Source: Bilabrum cf. latius (taxonomy: Eukaryota). From it: DNA of 64,000 bases. A model generated the notes under the pieces. It was not told the DNA's origin. It saw nothing but the letters and a program-made list of their open reading frames with translations, and did no database searches. Position numbers and translations under genes: made by a program. This document shows positions 49,767 through 62,278 of the stretch, piece after piece (within the stretch, counting starts at the first letter, position 1; each line of letters starts with the position of its first letter). The stretch covers positions 310,001-374,000 of the forward strand of contig OZ237760.1 of assembly GCA_965178125.1 (NCBI GenBank), in the 5' to 3' direction.

Positions 49767-52470
49767 CACCGGATACGGGTCCCTCGGCGCCTTTGACCAC
49801 CTCCAGCACCCCCCGCTCCCCCTGCTCCCCCTCGGGCACGCGCTCCGTCACCGCCACGAGGCCAAGGTCGTGTGCCAGCACGTCCACGTCGTTGTTGGGC
49901 GGGATGGCGAACGCGATCTTGAACTTCCTGGGCAGGTATGTCTTCCCGTAGATGGGCTCCTCCTCCAGCGGCGCCCCCCCACCCACTTGCTTCTTGTCCA
50001 GCCACACCTCGTGGTAGGCTCCGCTCCTGGGGGTCAGGTGGTCGCTCACCGACTGCACGCAGCGGAGCACCTCGTGGTACACGCCGTCGTCCGGAGCCGA
50101 AGATCCGAGCATCGCATTGCGGTTGACATCACCGCATGCAGCGAGGCTGTCCATGAGCGCAGCGTTGAAGGCACGCACCGTCGCCTTGAGCTCCTTCTTC
50201 ACTACACCGTGCAGCTGGTACGCCTGACGGGTGGTCAGCTTGAGAGTGCCGTTACCCCTGGTCTGGGCCAGTTCGTCCATGACCACCCACTGCGCAGGGG
50301 TAGAGATACCCCCCGGCAGCCTCACTCGGATCATGAATGAATACGCGGGCTCCAAACCGGCTCGCATGCGGGCGGGCGCAATGTCCCTATCGTGCTACAT
50401 GTAGATCCCATGAAACTTGGAGATCTTGGTGTCCTCGAATGGGATGGCCCCCGTGCTCTCATCCAGCAGAGAGGAGGCAAGAGTCCCCCTCAGGTGGTTG
50501 GAGTCCTCCTTGATGTCGTCGTCTGGACGGTGAGCTGCCGCAGGGGCGGTATCCCCCTCCCCACTCTGTTCCCTGTCAGAGTCCTTCCCCACCCCTAGAG
50601 ACTCCCACAGGGAAGGCGCCCACTGGCGGTACCCGTCCTCGAACCCGTCGTCGTCCTGGTCATCGCCCAGGCCGATGGGGGTCAGGGGGTCCGCGCCCAG
50701 CTGGGCCAGCCGGGCGTACACGTCCTTCGAGGCCTTGTTGTAGAGGTGCTTCTGGTCCTCCCTGGGCCAGTAGTGGCTGTCCCCGAGTCCGAACACCGTG
50801 AACTTGACTGAGTCGTCTAGCTGCGGCATGTCCGTTGACTGCAGGCCCTTCCAGAACTCGCGGCAGTTGGCCGGCACGTCGCCCTGGCCGGCCGTGGACA
50901 CGATAACCGCCACGCGGGGAGTGGCGGTCAGCCTCCGGGGGTCGCACTCGTCAGCCGCCTTGCACTCCGCCTTGAGGCCCCTCTTCTTTGCCTCACTCGT
51001 CACACGCTTGGCCACGGCAGAGGCGTTGCCGCCGTCGCTGCCGTAGAGCACCAGCAGCGACTGGTCCCCGCCCTCCCCGTCTCCCGAATCGCCCGCCTTT
51101 CCGGCTCCGAGTCGAGACGCCATCCGGCCGAAGGATCGGATGAGGCTCTCCCGGCCCAGAGCGGCGGCGCTGGCAGCGGCTGGGTCAGACGAGGTGGATG
51201 CGGAACCGGACCCGCCGGCCCCTGCTCCCTGCCCCACCTAGGCTCCGCTGCGGCGGGTCATGAGCGACAGCACCGTTTCCTGCTCCGCGAATGCGCGCAG
51301 CTGGGCGCTGACGTGTGACGAGTGCACCTCGAGCGCTCCGTCGGGGGTACCCTCCCGCCTCGGGTCCCACGCGAACAGAGGCCACGCCCCCGATGTGACG
51401 AGTGCGCCCACGGCACCCCCAAACGGTCCCCGACTGGCTCCGGCGCTGCTCACCAGCGTCGCGCCATCCCCACCTTCGCTTGTTCCCTGGATTGTTCCCT
51501 CGGACGCGTGGTCCTCCACGGCGCCCTCTGCCCCCGCCGACGCGCCGGCTAGCACCACCAGCACGGCGGGCCCCTCAAAGCTGCCCGCCCGCCTGGCAAG
51601 CTCCACCAAGTGACTCTCCCCGCCCTCGGTCGCCGCGGCGGACGGAACCGGTTCCGCAGCGACAAGCGCCGCGGCGCCGACGAAGGCCGAGCCGAACTGC
51701 AGCGCGAGAGCGGCGAGGGCCTTGGAGCGGCCTGCCTCGCTCTTCAGCGGGAGGCGAGCATCGGTAACGGATGCTGCTCGCACGGATTCGGGCAGCGCGG
51801 CTTCCACTGCGGCTTTCTGCGCTGCCTTGCGGCCCGCACGGCTGGCGGGGTTTGCGCCGTCTGCCTGCTGCGCGGCCTGCTTGCCCTTCGCCTTGGTTTT
51901 CGCGGCGAGTTCACGCTGTTCCTTTTGCCGAGTGAGCGTACGGAGAGCGGCAAATGCATCTTGCTCGCCCGCTCTGGCTGCGACGACCAGCACGGCTTTT
52001 CTGCCGGAGCGAAGCAGCGAGCGAGCGCCAGACAGCTGCTCGCCGAGCGCCTGCTCGCTCCCTCCCACGACGATGAAACGGCCGCCGGCGGAGCCTGCCG
52101 CCCCGGTGGCATCCTGCGCAGCAATCATCCCTAGACCAGATTCGGCCGTGCGGGCCTCGCTCACGGACGCTGCGGGGAGTGACCGGCGGATGACGTCCGC
52201 GACGCATCTCGCAAGACCCAGACGGGCGGGAACGTCAGGCGCCCGGCTCTCCGATTCCCCCACCAGACTAGGACCAGCAGATATGCTCTGGTGTGCCTGA
52301 TGTGCTTGTTCGTGTGAATGCTGCACATCGTTCGAGGCAGACTTGGAGACTTGCTGGTCGACGGGGCGTGTTGACGATGCGTCAGCACCGGCCCCAAGCG
52401 CAATGGCACCGGCCGCGGCAACTGCAGCGACAGCCGCGCCGGCGAGTGCAGCCCTAGCATTATCAGCCAT
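47884..52470 (-). CDS. MET5: Assimilatory sulfite reductase beta (hemoprotein) subunit, Met5-like fusion with flavodoxin domain
   Basis: LYGSDGGNA, STAGQG, FGLGDSHYW flavodoxin; KFHGIYM*HDRD, TTRQ, LPRKFK, CVALPTC, SGCPNGC. TAGs at 51238, 50395 and 48874; TGA stop. Confidence 0.92.
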
Positions 52471-54215
52471 AGTTGAGTTTGACTGCGACAGAAAAGTTTC
52501 CAGGTGAGGGGAGACTTGGTGCTGTGGGACTGCTATGACGCGCATGGCTCGAGGCGGTGCTATTGGCATAACCGACTCTCTCCACGCCGCGCGACAAAGT
52601 TGCGCGATATTGCTATCACACAAACTAATACGAATATGGGCTGGTAGTACCTGGGTTTTAAATGGCTTACATCAACTTCTAAAGCGGCGTGCAAGTGTGT
52701 TTCTTGTGTCGGGATCATGCATTGCGTTTCATGTTGGATGGTGCATCGCACTGAGCGTCGAAACGCACCGTTCGATGCAACTGCTTGCGGCAAAATCTGG
52801 CGTGGTGGCACACGAACCAAAGTTGGCTGCAATAATTAATCCTATTGCATCTTTTCGAGCATGCATACCATGTATTTCAAGCTGGCAGGTCTGCTAGAAG
52901 TGCACCGTACTCGCAGTGTGCGACCACTGGCATCCTGTGCGACATGCCAATGACATTCGCGGTGGAACTTGTAATCGGCAGCCACGCTTTTCACGCGAGG
53001 CAAAAGCAAGATAGCCTTTGAATAATGGGCTGTGAATGTATCGACTGTAGTTGGTATGGCTCTGTGCCTTGGGTCGACGGCCCGCTTTAAGCTGTCCTCG
53101 TGAAGCTCCTTTTGACAAGCTTGGATTGCAGTTCACAGACATCTGTTTTGCAATTCGTATGTAGTTTGTGTCAAGACTTTGGATGCGAGCGGTCAAACCG
53201 TAGTAGGCGGCTGGCCTCCACAGGACGGACTGGCAGCACCCTTGCTGCATTCCTGTCCGAGGCACACCTGGTGGGCCACGTGCAGCGAGGTGTGTAGCTT
53301 CTCCGCGCACCTGTCAAAGTAGCCCTCGCCTAGTGCACAGACTGGTCCGGTGGCTCGGCTTCCGCTACCCAGAGTGATTGTCTTATATCGGTCAGCGTAG
53401 CGTTGCGTGACAAACAATGTATGAATCATCTTCTTCAATGCTGGTCAACGGCTACAACTAGACTATCACACACGGGACCGACACACGCCCCGTGGGTGCA
53501 CAGCCGCCCCAGCTGGCAGTGGCGCGCAGTAGTACTAGTAGTTCCGGCATGCGGGTGGGTGGGTCATGCGAGCAGCAGGCTCTGGTCACCGGCCACGTCG
53601 GCTCTAACAACCACTCGCATGTGCGCGAATAGTACCGCACGTCGCTGCATTTCTGCACCATCAGGCAACACAAATCGAGAATGGTCACCTCTCAGTCCCA
53701 GTCCCAGTCCCAGTCTTGTTCAGTCAGCGACTAAACGAGACAGCAGAGCAAAGGGCACCTTCGGCCCCCGCATTTACCATCCCTGTCCTGCCAGCATCCC
53801 AAACAGACTTGCGCAAGTAGCAACAGCGGTCTGAATCGCTACCTCCACTGCCATGCCGGCGCCATCATCCTTTCCTGGCTTATCTGGTCGATCAGCAGAG
53901 GAGCTGCAGCAACCTGGGATGTGGGTGCACTGCCCTGCACCGGCAGGCGCTCGCTCCTCGTGGCGATGCTGGCGCAGATGCGCCCAAGTGAACCTGAAAT
54001 CAATGACATCGCGTGCATCGCGAAAACCATCGCTGCCATTTTTTGGTATTTGACTCCTGCCTCGCTGCCAGCCACTGCAACTCCTGCCTCGCTGCACTGC
54101 CACTGCCACTGCGCTTTAGTATCCATGCGAGAGGGGTGCACGGCCCGCGGTGCACGATTCACCGGCAGCTCTGGATATCATCCACCGCATTCCAAGTCAA
54201 AACTTGATAGCATGG

Positions 54216-54702
54216 TCAGGAGCCAGCAGCTCCACCTCCAGCCGAGCCGGCCTCGCCGCCGTCCGAGTGCCGCACAAGTTGCGATACCCTGGCCATGATG
54301 GGATCATGTGATGCGCTGGGATCTTGGCCTCGTGCTGGCAGTTCTAGGACAGTTGGCAATGGTTTGGAATGCCGCGTGATTTGTGGTCGAACCAAGTCAG
54401 CAATATCCTACGTGACAACGATTACGGCCAGGTCATCGCGCCCTGCAAGCTCTGAGAATCGAGCGGCCAGCTCAGTCTTGCTTGTCTCTGCTTAGGTGAT
54501 ACAAAAAACATAGAATAGGCTACTACGATGCGCATAGACTGGCGTGACTGTCAGTGCGAGTAGACGAATCGCTCTTACTGGCATCAGCAACAACAAAAGT
54601 AGATCCTCTGGAATCCTTCTAACCGCACCCAGCCAATAGCATCCCAGACACAGTATCTTCATCACCTATTACAGCGACGCCCAATTCCGGAAGACCCGCC
54701 AT
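54216..54702 (-). CDS. ATP6V1F: V-type proton ATPase subunit F
   Basis: VAVIGDEDTVSGMLLAGCG*KD, intron, RDDLAVIVVT*DIADLVR...PTVLELP...DPIMARV. TAGs at 54619 and 54408; TGA stop. Confidence 0.9.
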
Positions 54703-54868
54703 TTGCCTGCAGTGAGCCTGCAGTGATTTCCGGCAATTGGCGCCGCGCACAAGCACTGGCGGCTCCGCAAGAACGAACCGAGCACTCCGGACTCTGAAAA
54801 AGTACACTGACACGTCCAAATAGTCTGCAACATAGCTTATGTTGTTCCAGTAGTGATATATATCTTCA

Positions 54869-56885
54869 ATGTCTTCGCGAGTCCAGCCATCTGACAGCAA
54901 GCTGCTGTCACAGCTACGCAAAAGCGCCATGCAGGAGAGCGAAGGCGCCCAGGGCAGCAAATCCGTTGCTCCACCAATCAAAACGACATTCTTGGCGTCA
55001 TAGAAGCGCCATGAAGAGGAAAAGGCTGCAAGAGCGGAGAAGCAGAAGCGGCGGCGGAAACAGGCAACTGCAGTAGCAGTAGCCGGGGGCGGTGCAGCGG
55101 GTGCGTTGGCTCTGCTTCCGTCGGGCGGGGCAGGCACCGAATCTAAAGCCGCCGGAACGCGAGTGCTCCCATCATCGGCGCCCACTAAACGGCAGAAAAA
55201 GGCAGCATCAGCTCGCCTGAAGCGCAAGAAGTTTGGCAGAGATGTCGAGCCAGTTAAGAAAGAGCTGGAAGCTGTCGCCAGAGGCGCCATCGCCGGCCTT
55301 GACGACCCCGTGAAACGAGGAGCTCTGGGCGAAAACGTGAGTGCCCCGAAATCGACGAAATCGAGCGGCATTACCGACCCAAAGAAGGGGTAGGGCACGG
55401 AGAAGCCAGAGGAGGGGACCGTAGCGGCTGCTCTGCAGGGCGAGCGTGAGGGCGATGTCAGCGAGAAGCTCGCAGAAACCGAAACTGCCAACCCGTTTTA
55501 CGTGCGATAGCACAACCTCCTGTGCAAGCTGCGAGATGGACACTTGCTAGGCGTGTTTGCGACAGATTTCGCCGACGACGGGAGGCACATCGCCTCCGCT
55601 TCGTTCGATGCCTCGGTGAACGTCTGGGACATCGACACGCAGCGCGTTCGGCGAAAATACAGGGGACATACCGGGCCAGTCACTTCGATTCGTTTCATTC
55701 CAACCGCTGGCAACGAGAGGCTGGCGACAGCATCGGAGGACGGGACCGTGAGGGTGTGGGACAAGAGGAGCGCCAGGACGCTCTACACGTTCCAAGGGCA
55801 GTTTGCGACCGCAGTGCGATCTGTGCGATGGTTTCCGAACGGAAAGCATCTCGTTGCATCCAGTGATGATGGGAACGTGATCGTGTGGGACGCTGAAGCA
55901 GCGGTGCTGACCGCCGACGACCCCACGCAAACGATGGACGACGTGACCGTTGCTCGCATTTTTGAGGCTCCGTTCACGACGGATGGGCACAAAGGATCGA
56001 TTAAAGCCCTCGAGGTCAGCATAGACGGGAGAACCTTCTATACTGGTGGCATCGATGGCACGGTTCGCCAGTGGAAACTGGACGCAGTGGCCGGAAAGAT
56101 CACCCTCCGTCGCAAAATGGAGGAAGCCAAAGGAGAAATCATGCAGGTGGCGGTCAACCCGGACGGGACTATGTTTGCCACTGCCTGCAGCGATAGTGCC
56201 GTGAGGGTGTACTCGTCCAGGACTGGCGCTTGCCTGCACACACTGACCGAGCATGCCGGGTGAGACAAGAACCCAGCTCTCGAGCAAGTGATCGCAACTG
56301 CCGCGCCGCGTTATGCAGCGAACCCGATAGACTCCGCAACGACTTCTCCATGCACGTTCTCGCCTGGAATCACGTCGCCAGCATGATTTCTCTTGATACT
56401 AGCTGGAGCGATGCAGGGTGCCCTCGTTTTCCCCATGCAAATCACCGCAGCCCAGTGTATACGGTGGCGTTCTCCCCAGAGGGGAACGGCAGGCGGCTCA
56501 TCTCTGGTGGGCACGACCTGAGTATCAACATATATATGACGAATACGGGAGAGCTGCAGGAGAGGCTGCAGCGCGTCCATCGCTCCTACATCATGGACTT
56601 GCGGTGGCGCAAGGACGCCCTCGTGTTCGCCTCGGCGTCTGGAGACAGGACCGTGGGACTCTGGAGGGGGCTGCCACGCACGTGGCGTGAATACGTGAGT
56701 ATAGACGAAATGGCCGCCTGCAATCGCCCTGGTCTCCTTGGCTCCAGGGGCGGAAGCTAAAGTAGGTACCGAGCACTGAAACTATGCCTTTTCTACTGGT
56801 AGCGCAGCTGGGCGACATGGCGTACGCGGGGTGGGTATGGACGAGCCAGTGCATAATGGAAATGTGCAGTGACGAAGACGATTGA
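54869..56885 (+). CDS. WD40-repeat protein with charged N-terminal extension
   Basis: Multiple GH...WD repeats; TAGs near 55001, 55391 and 55508; introns near 56260-56450 and 56695-56807; TGA at 56883. Confidence 0.85.
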
Positions 56886-57248
56886 GGTCTGCGCAGCGGC
56901 TGTCCTTGGGTTGACGTACCAAAGGACTGCAGCAAGTGCTGGGCATCAGCATCAGGCAGTCCTTTGGTGCGGTGCGGGTGCTGCAATGATGCAAGCTACG
57001 GCGGACTGTCTGAGAAACCTGCATATGCATCGATATTCTATTCAAATCACGGGCCGTAATTGCGACCCAAGACCTGATGCGATGCATCCGCAGGCACGAG
57101 ATCCTAGCGTCCCACCGCGAACGCATGGCCCTCCCACCCCCAACTCCAGAACTACCCCTGAAACCACAGACAGCAAGAATGATCTGCCTGTTGCATCCGA
57201 TAATCAGCGACGCTATGCCTAGCAGACGCCCTGAATGACTCGGTGCAT

Positions 57249-57866
57249 TTACCGGCGGCGCTTCCTCATCTTCTCCTCAAGGAGGGCCTTCACGTCGGGG
57301 ATGATGAAGGCGCGCATGATGCGCTCACGCACAGCCCCAGCGCTAAGAGTGCCACCGTAAGCACGAGACACGGTGCGCTCGTTCTTGTTCATCCGGCGAG
57401 CGGTCTTGCTGCGCACGGCACGCACCTGCGAATTCGGCTAGTTGCAACCCAAGAAGTTGAAGCTGGCGTGCGGATACAAGGGCTATCACGATTGCTTAGC
57501 ACCCATACTATTGTTATATAAAAACACAAACTCACGCCGAACAGCGGCACGCCAGTGTCGCCGCACTTGGCTACGTTGGTTGCCTTGGTCAGGTACTGCC
57601 TCACGAAGCGGCCACCTGTGCACACAGAGGGGAGTACCAAGGTACAAACTGGTATTTCAGAACTTGAAAAATTAACTGTGCGCTAGCCGTGGTGTTCAAT
57701 ACACATGAAACCAGCTATACCTGAGTTGCACTAGCTGTTGCAGGACCACTGCGGCCCAGTACATCCCTACAACTCTCTCACCCGGGGTCTTCACAACACG
57801 AGTCTTGTTAGACTTGGTGCGGTAGCTATGGCGGCGCCTGTATGTGGTCCTGACGTCCTTCACCAT
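57249..57866 (-). CDS. RPL34: 60S ribosomal protein L34 (eL34)
   Basis: [24 protein letters not shown]...KCGDTG...VSRAYGG...VRERIMRAF; two introns; ends TAA at 57249. Confidence 0.95.
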
Positions 57867-59512
57867 GCTGCAATCCTCCTTTATAGGTTCTATTGGCCTG
57901 GTTGGTGTGTGATCCGATCCTGCGGAACCATTGGCCGCGCAAAGTGGTCCACCGAGACTGTGTTGTACCAGCTGCTACAAAAGACCCAATCAAGCACTGC
58001 AAACATGAGCATGGCACGTTTTGCACGCGCAGCTTGTAGCATGAGTAAGTGTTCTATGTCCTTAGAGTTGGATTGACTGCTTGTAGGCTGTGAAAAACGC
58101 TGGCGTGCCCAGCTCGTTTTCCGGATGACCGAATCATGTCCTTGTCAAGCCTCCAGCTTGCCTTTCATGCCACTATGGATCCCATCGATGCTATATCTCA
58201 TTAATGGCGTTTATTTCGCTTTATGTTTGGATGTTTGAGACCCGAATATATCGAGAGCTTCTCGTTGACTACATGTCGCCGGTCCCTTGCTCGCAGCCCG
58301 CGCCACGTCTGCTCTCCCTCGGGCCCGGGTGGGTCTCGCCGTCCGTGCTATGTCTACGGAGGGGAAGACGCCTAAACAGATTCTTGCTGAGATGGAGGAG
58401 ACCGCCCACAAGCAGTGGATGTCGGAGTGAGTTCGTCGTCTGCACACTGTCAGTTAGGCCGATGCGGCAACGAGCCTTTCGATCAACGCTGCTTGCGCCA
58501 ACGGCTCGCCTGTATTTTATTCGCAGTGTGAAGACTTACCCCGTCAGGGAGATCTTGGAGCATGAGATGCATGCCACGCTGGAGTGGGTCTTGCCGTCGC
58601 CAATGCCTCAGCATTGCTTCGAGCAGTCCCCGATTGTCATTGAGGTCAAGAACAGGAACCCCGCCACCCAAGACGAGCACTGATAGGTTTGATTAAGTAC
58701 GCTGCCGTGTGTAGCGAGCAGGTGGAGTGATCTTCAGAGATGGTCTCAGGCGGTGGAAGCAGCGGCAGTGGCACTTTGATTAGTTGCTGCCCAGGCATGG
58801 GAAGAGACATGGTTCATTACTCGCAACTCACACATTATCTGTGCATACATAATGAGCAAGCAGCAAACATTTTGCTCTGAGAACTTCCCCGGACTCCCAG
58901 CTACCTGAGAGCTCCCAAGACCCATCGCAGCTCACAGGGCGCGCGTGCACTCGAGCTTCACTCACTACGATGCGTTCCATGCCGTGCCCACCACATCCTA
59001 CATCTAAAAGCTATCAACAGGCTGTTGAAAAATTGCGCCTGGGTCTAGCCTGTCCATGCATCGAGTGATTCAGGCCTGCCCACCTGCCTGTGGTGCGGGG
59101 CCACATGTGGTCACCTGCCACCGTGCCACTGGGCTGCCTTTGGTTCAGACCAGGACCAGATTTGGCCCGCGGTCTCAGTGCCTAGATCTTAATCTAAAGC
59201 CCTTGGCACGGCGAGCTTGCACCCCCATGCATTTGCACAGGCGGGCAAAACGACTAGAATCGATCGGCCTGACCCTAGTGTCAGCTGCAGAGGTTGGTGA
59301 CGACCTGTCCGTCCCGCACGGTTGACCCTCTGATCGCAGTGGAACGCGGCTAGCGACCGCTCGCAAAATCATCGATCAAACAGCCGCAGCACTCCTGACC
59401 AACTGCCCTGCTGGGCGACCATCGAAGAGCATCATCGAAAGGCATCATCGAGAGCCGGTCCACTCGTGTGCGAAGCATGCCATGGCCCCTCCAGGGTGCA
59501 ATGCACTGCATT

Positions 59513-60363
59513 TCACGTGGACTTCATGCCCCCCATGAAAGTGCGAGGATCGGGCGCCGACCCGTTGAACTCCGCGTTGCTAAAGTCGAAGCCGGGGTGC
59601 TCTGCTTGGAACCGCTCCAGCATGAGCTTCTTCTGCATCTCCATGGCGCCCGCCTCGTCGAGCTGAGGGGGAAATCGTTTGGAAGTAGAGCTCGTTCAAA
59701 TCAATATGCGTTGTGGTAAGGACTGTTTGCGAAAGGGGCGTGTATAGCAGAGGCGCGCTCACGTGGCCGTGGCTCTTGAAGACGCTTCTCCACGTCTCGC
59801 CCGGGGCTGCTTTCACCATCGTCACGGACAGCTCTTCTCCATCTGCGGAATTCATAGGACTAGGTAGCACATACATAATGATATCTGCGGCGCTCTAGTA
59901 CGCCAAAACTTCCGCAGCACCCAATAACATACCCATTGTCCACAAGCTCTCGTCTTCGTTGATCGTGCTGGCGAGCTCTTCATCCAAGAAAGGGGCGTTG
60001 CCTTTCAGGCCGATTGAGAACCTATCTGTACTGATAGTCACTTCAAGGTCCTTGGCTCGCACACCTGGTGGAGGTTTCAAGAACAGGTTGATATCTTCCA
60101 AAGTCTGTGACCATTCATACACCTTCTTGCCTGCGATACTTCTAATTCGACAGCCACTTCAGGACATGGCGTTGTGTTGTCTGTTATATATAGCAGGTGC
60201 CAAATCGCTTACCTTGGTGAGCGAACACGTGTCGGCCCTCCTCTGATGGCTCTAAGTCCGGTGCAGCTGCAACTGCGGCCCCTTCCTCTACCCCGACGCC
60301 CTTTGATGCGGGTTCAGCGGCTGGACTGGCATCGGTACTGGATTTATCTGACGCAGCAGCCAT
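59513..60363 (-). CDS. NudC/CS-domain co-chaperone (NudCD2-like)
   Basis: [46 protein letters not shown]; three introns; TGA stop. Confidence 0.88.
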
Positions 60364-60872
60364 TCTTGCACTACTGCAACGAAAACCAACCGTTAAGGCA
60401 AATCTGTCAACCTTGCCGCGTGGCGCATTAAAAAGAGAGTGAGGTGCAATCTAAGCAGTTGCCGGAAGACCCATTGCTCTCGTACAGGCCATGAGGGACT
60501 CGTGCTCAGAGCAGCAGCGACCCAGTTTCCGAATGGTTTTCACATTCAATGACCCGCCACGTGGTAGGAGCGGTTAGCTCCAGTGGACTGGCATCACGCA
60601 GCGATGTCTGTGCCACAGACTCTGTGGCAGGTGCAGCGTCCCAGTGCTGCTGGTGTTCGTGTACCATCGATGCGTGCATGAGCTCCGTCCGGATGCTATT
60701 AAAGGGCAACACATGCGTGACCGGGACTTTGACTGCTACCCGTACATTCTAGCATGCTTGCGGCAGATAGGCGGGTTTACGTATTTACCGTTTGCCTCCT
60801 TATTCTGCACGTTACAATAAGCAACTGCTCGTTTTGCTGTTGACACGAATTACTTTCGATCTGGTGCAAAAA

Positions 60873-61817
60873 ATGGCATAGTACGGTGACGCTACGTGAG
60901 AAATTATCAACTTATCTGTACTGGCCCTAAAGGCTTTTTATTCTGCTTACACATTTTCGAGTTTCTTGATAGTACATTTCACGTTTCGATCTCCGAATCG
61001 ATCGCAGGTACTGGGAGGAGAGATACACGAAGTGAGTCCTAAATTTCCGCCTCCTAATTTGACAATAAAATGCTACATCCATGGGCCAGGCGATTAATCG
61101 CTCGTTCGCGAATTAGGCTCGACTTCCAACTCCATTCTTGCGAGTGTTGGAGGCTTCAGTTGCATTTATCTTAGGATTTGGGTATAATTGGATTCTTAAT
61201 TGCATGTGATAGCTATCATTTCTATTGTGCTGTTTGGCGCGCGCAGGGATGCCATGGAGCCGTTCGACTGGTACCAGCGGTACAGCGGACTGAAGGACCT
61301 TCTCAGCAAGTACATGAAGAAATCGGACTACATCATGCATGCAGGGGCAGGCAATTCTCGAATGCCCGCCGAAATGCTCGAGGACGGCTACGCGAACCAC
61401 GTGTGCATCGATGTCTCGAAGGCTTGCGTGGACGTGATGGCTGAGCAGCACAAGGAGAAGCGAGGCATCGAGTGGCGAGTCATGGACGTGCTGGCGCTTG
61501 ATTTCCCGGCGAGCACATTTGATGTCGTTTTGGACAAGGGGACGCTCGACTCCATCCTATGCGGAGAGAATTCCACGGCCAACGCCGCCAAGACACTCGC
61601 TGGCATCAGCAGGATCCTCAAACCGACGGGCACTTACATCGCGGTAAGCTATGGCACGCCAGAGGCTAGGCTCACGTACCTGGAAAATGACGCGTACGGG
61701 TGGAACGTGGTGGTGCACACGGTAGCCAAGCCCACAGTCAGTGCAGCGGCCGCGTCTGCCGAGGCGTCTGATGCAACTGCTGTGCACTACGTGTACGTTT
61801 GCACAAAGGGAGACTGA
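60873..61817 (+). CDS. Class I SAM methyltransferase, EEF1AKMT4/METTL13-N family
   Basis: Exons give MA*YGDAT|YWEERYTK|DAMEPFDWYQRY; GAGNSR; DVVLDKGTLDSILCG. Third codon is TAG (60879); TGA stop. Confidence 0.9.
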
Positions 61818-62048
61818 AAGGCGTCTGATGCAACTGCTGTGCACTACGTGTACGTTTGCACAAAGGGAGACTGAAAGGCGTCTGATGCAACTGCTGTGCA
61901 CTACGTGTACGTTTGCACAAAGGGAGACTGAAAGGCGTCTGATGCAACTGCTGTGCACTACGTGTACGTTTGCACAAAGGGAGACTGAAAGGCGTCTGAT
62001 GCAACTGCTGTGCACTACGTGTACGTTTGCACAAAGGGAGACTGAAAG
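61762..62048 (+). repeat. 57-bp unit x5 containing the last codons and TGA of the methyltransferase gene
   Basis: AGGCGTCTGATGCAAC...GGGAGACTGAA at 61762, 61819, 61876, 61933 and 61990. Confidence 0.97.
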
Positions 62049-62278
62049 ACCGATTTTTAAGTCCGAGACGTTTACTGACGGGTGCAAGAGAGCCGCGATC
62101 AGGCGGTTTTCGTGCTTTTTGTTGAGAAGAGTGATGGCTGATTGTGATACATGTACGATGTTCGATGATGTACCACCTCTCCCGCGTCGCACGATGTGAT
62201 GGATGCTTGGGTGATCGAATACAATTTGGCACCAGCTACACCAAGCAGCAGCGCGCGCGCACCTCATTATAGTCTTGC

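Noticed and set aside
61762-62048. CRISPR-like array (also 13441-13772)
   Set aside because: Head-to-tail units with no unique spacers, derived from gene ends, in a eukaryotic context with no cas genes.
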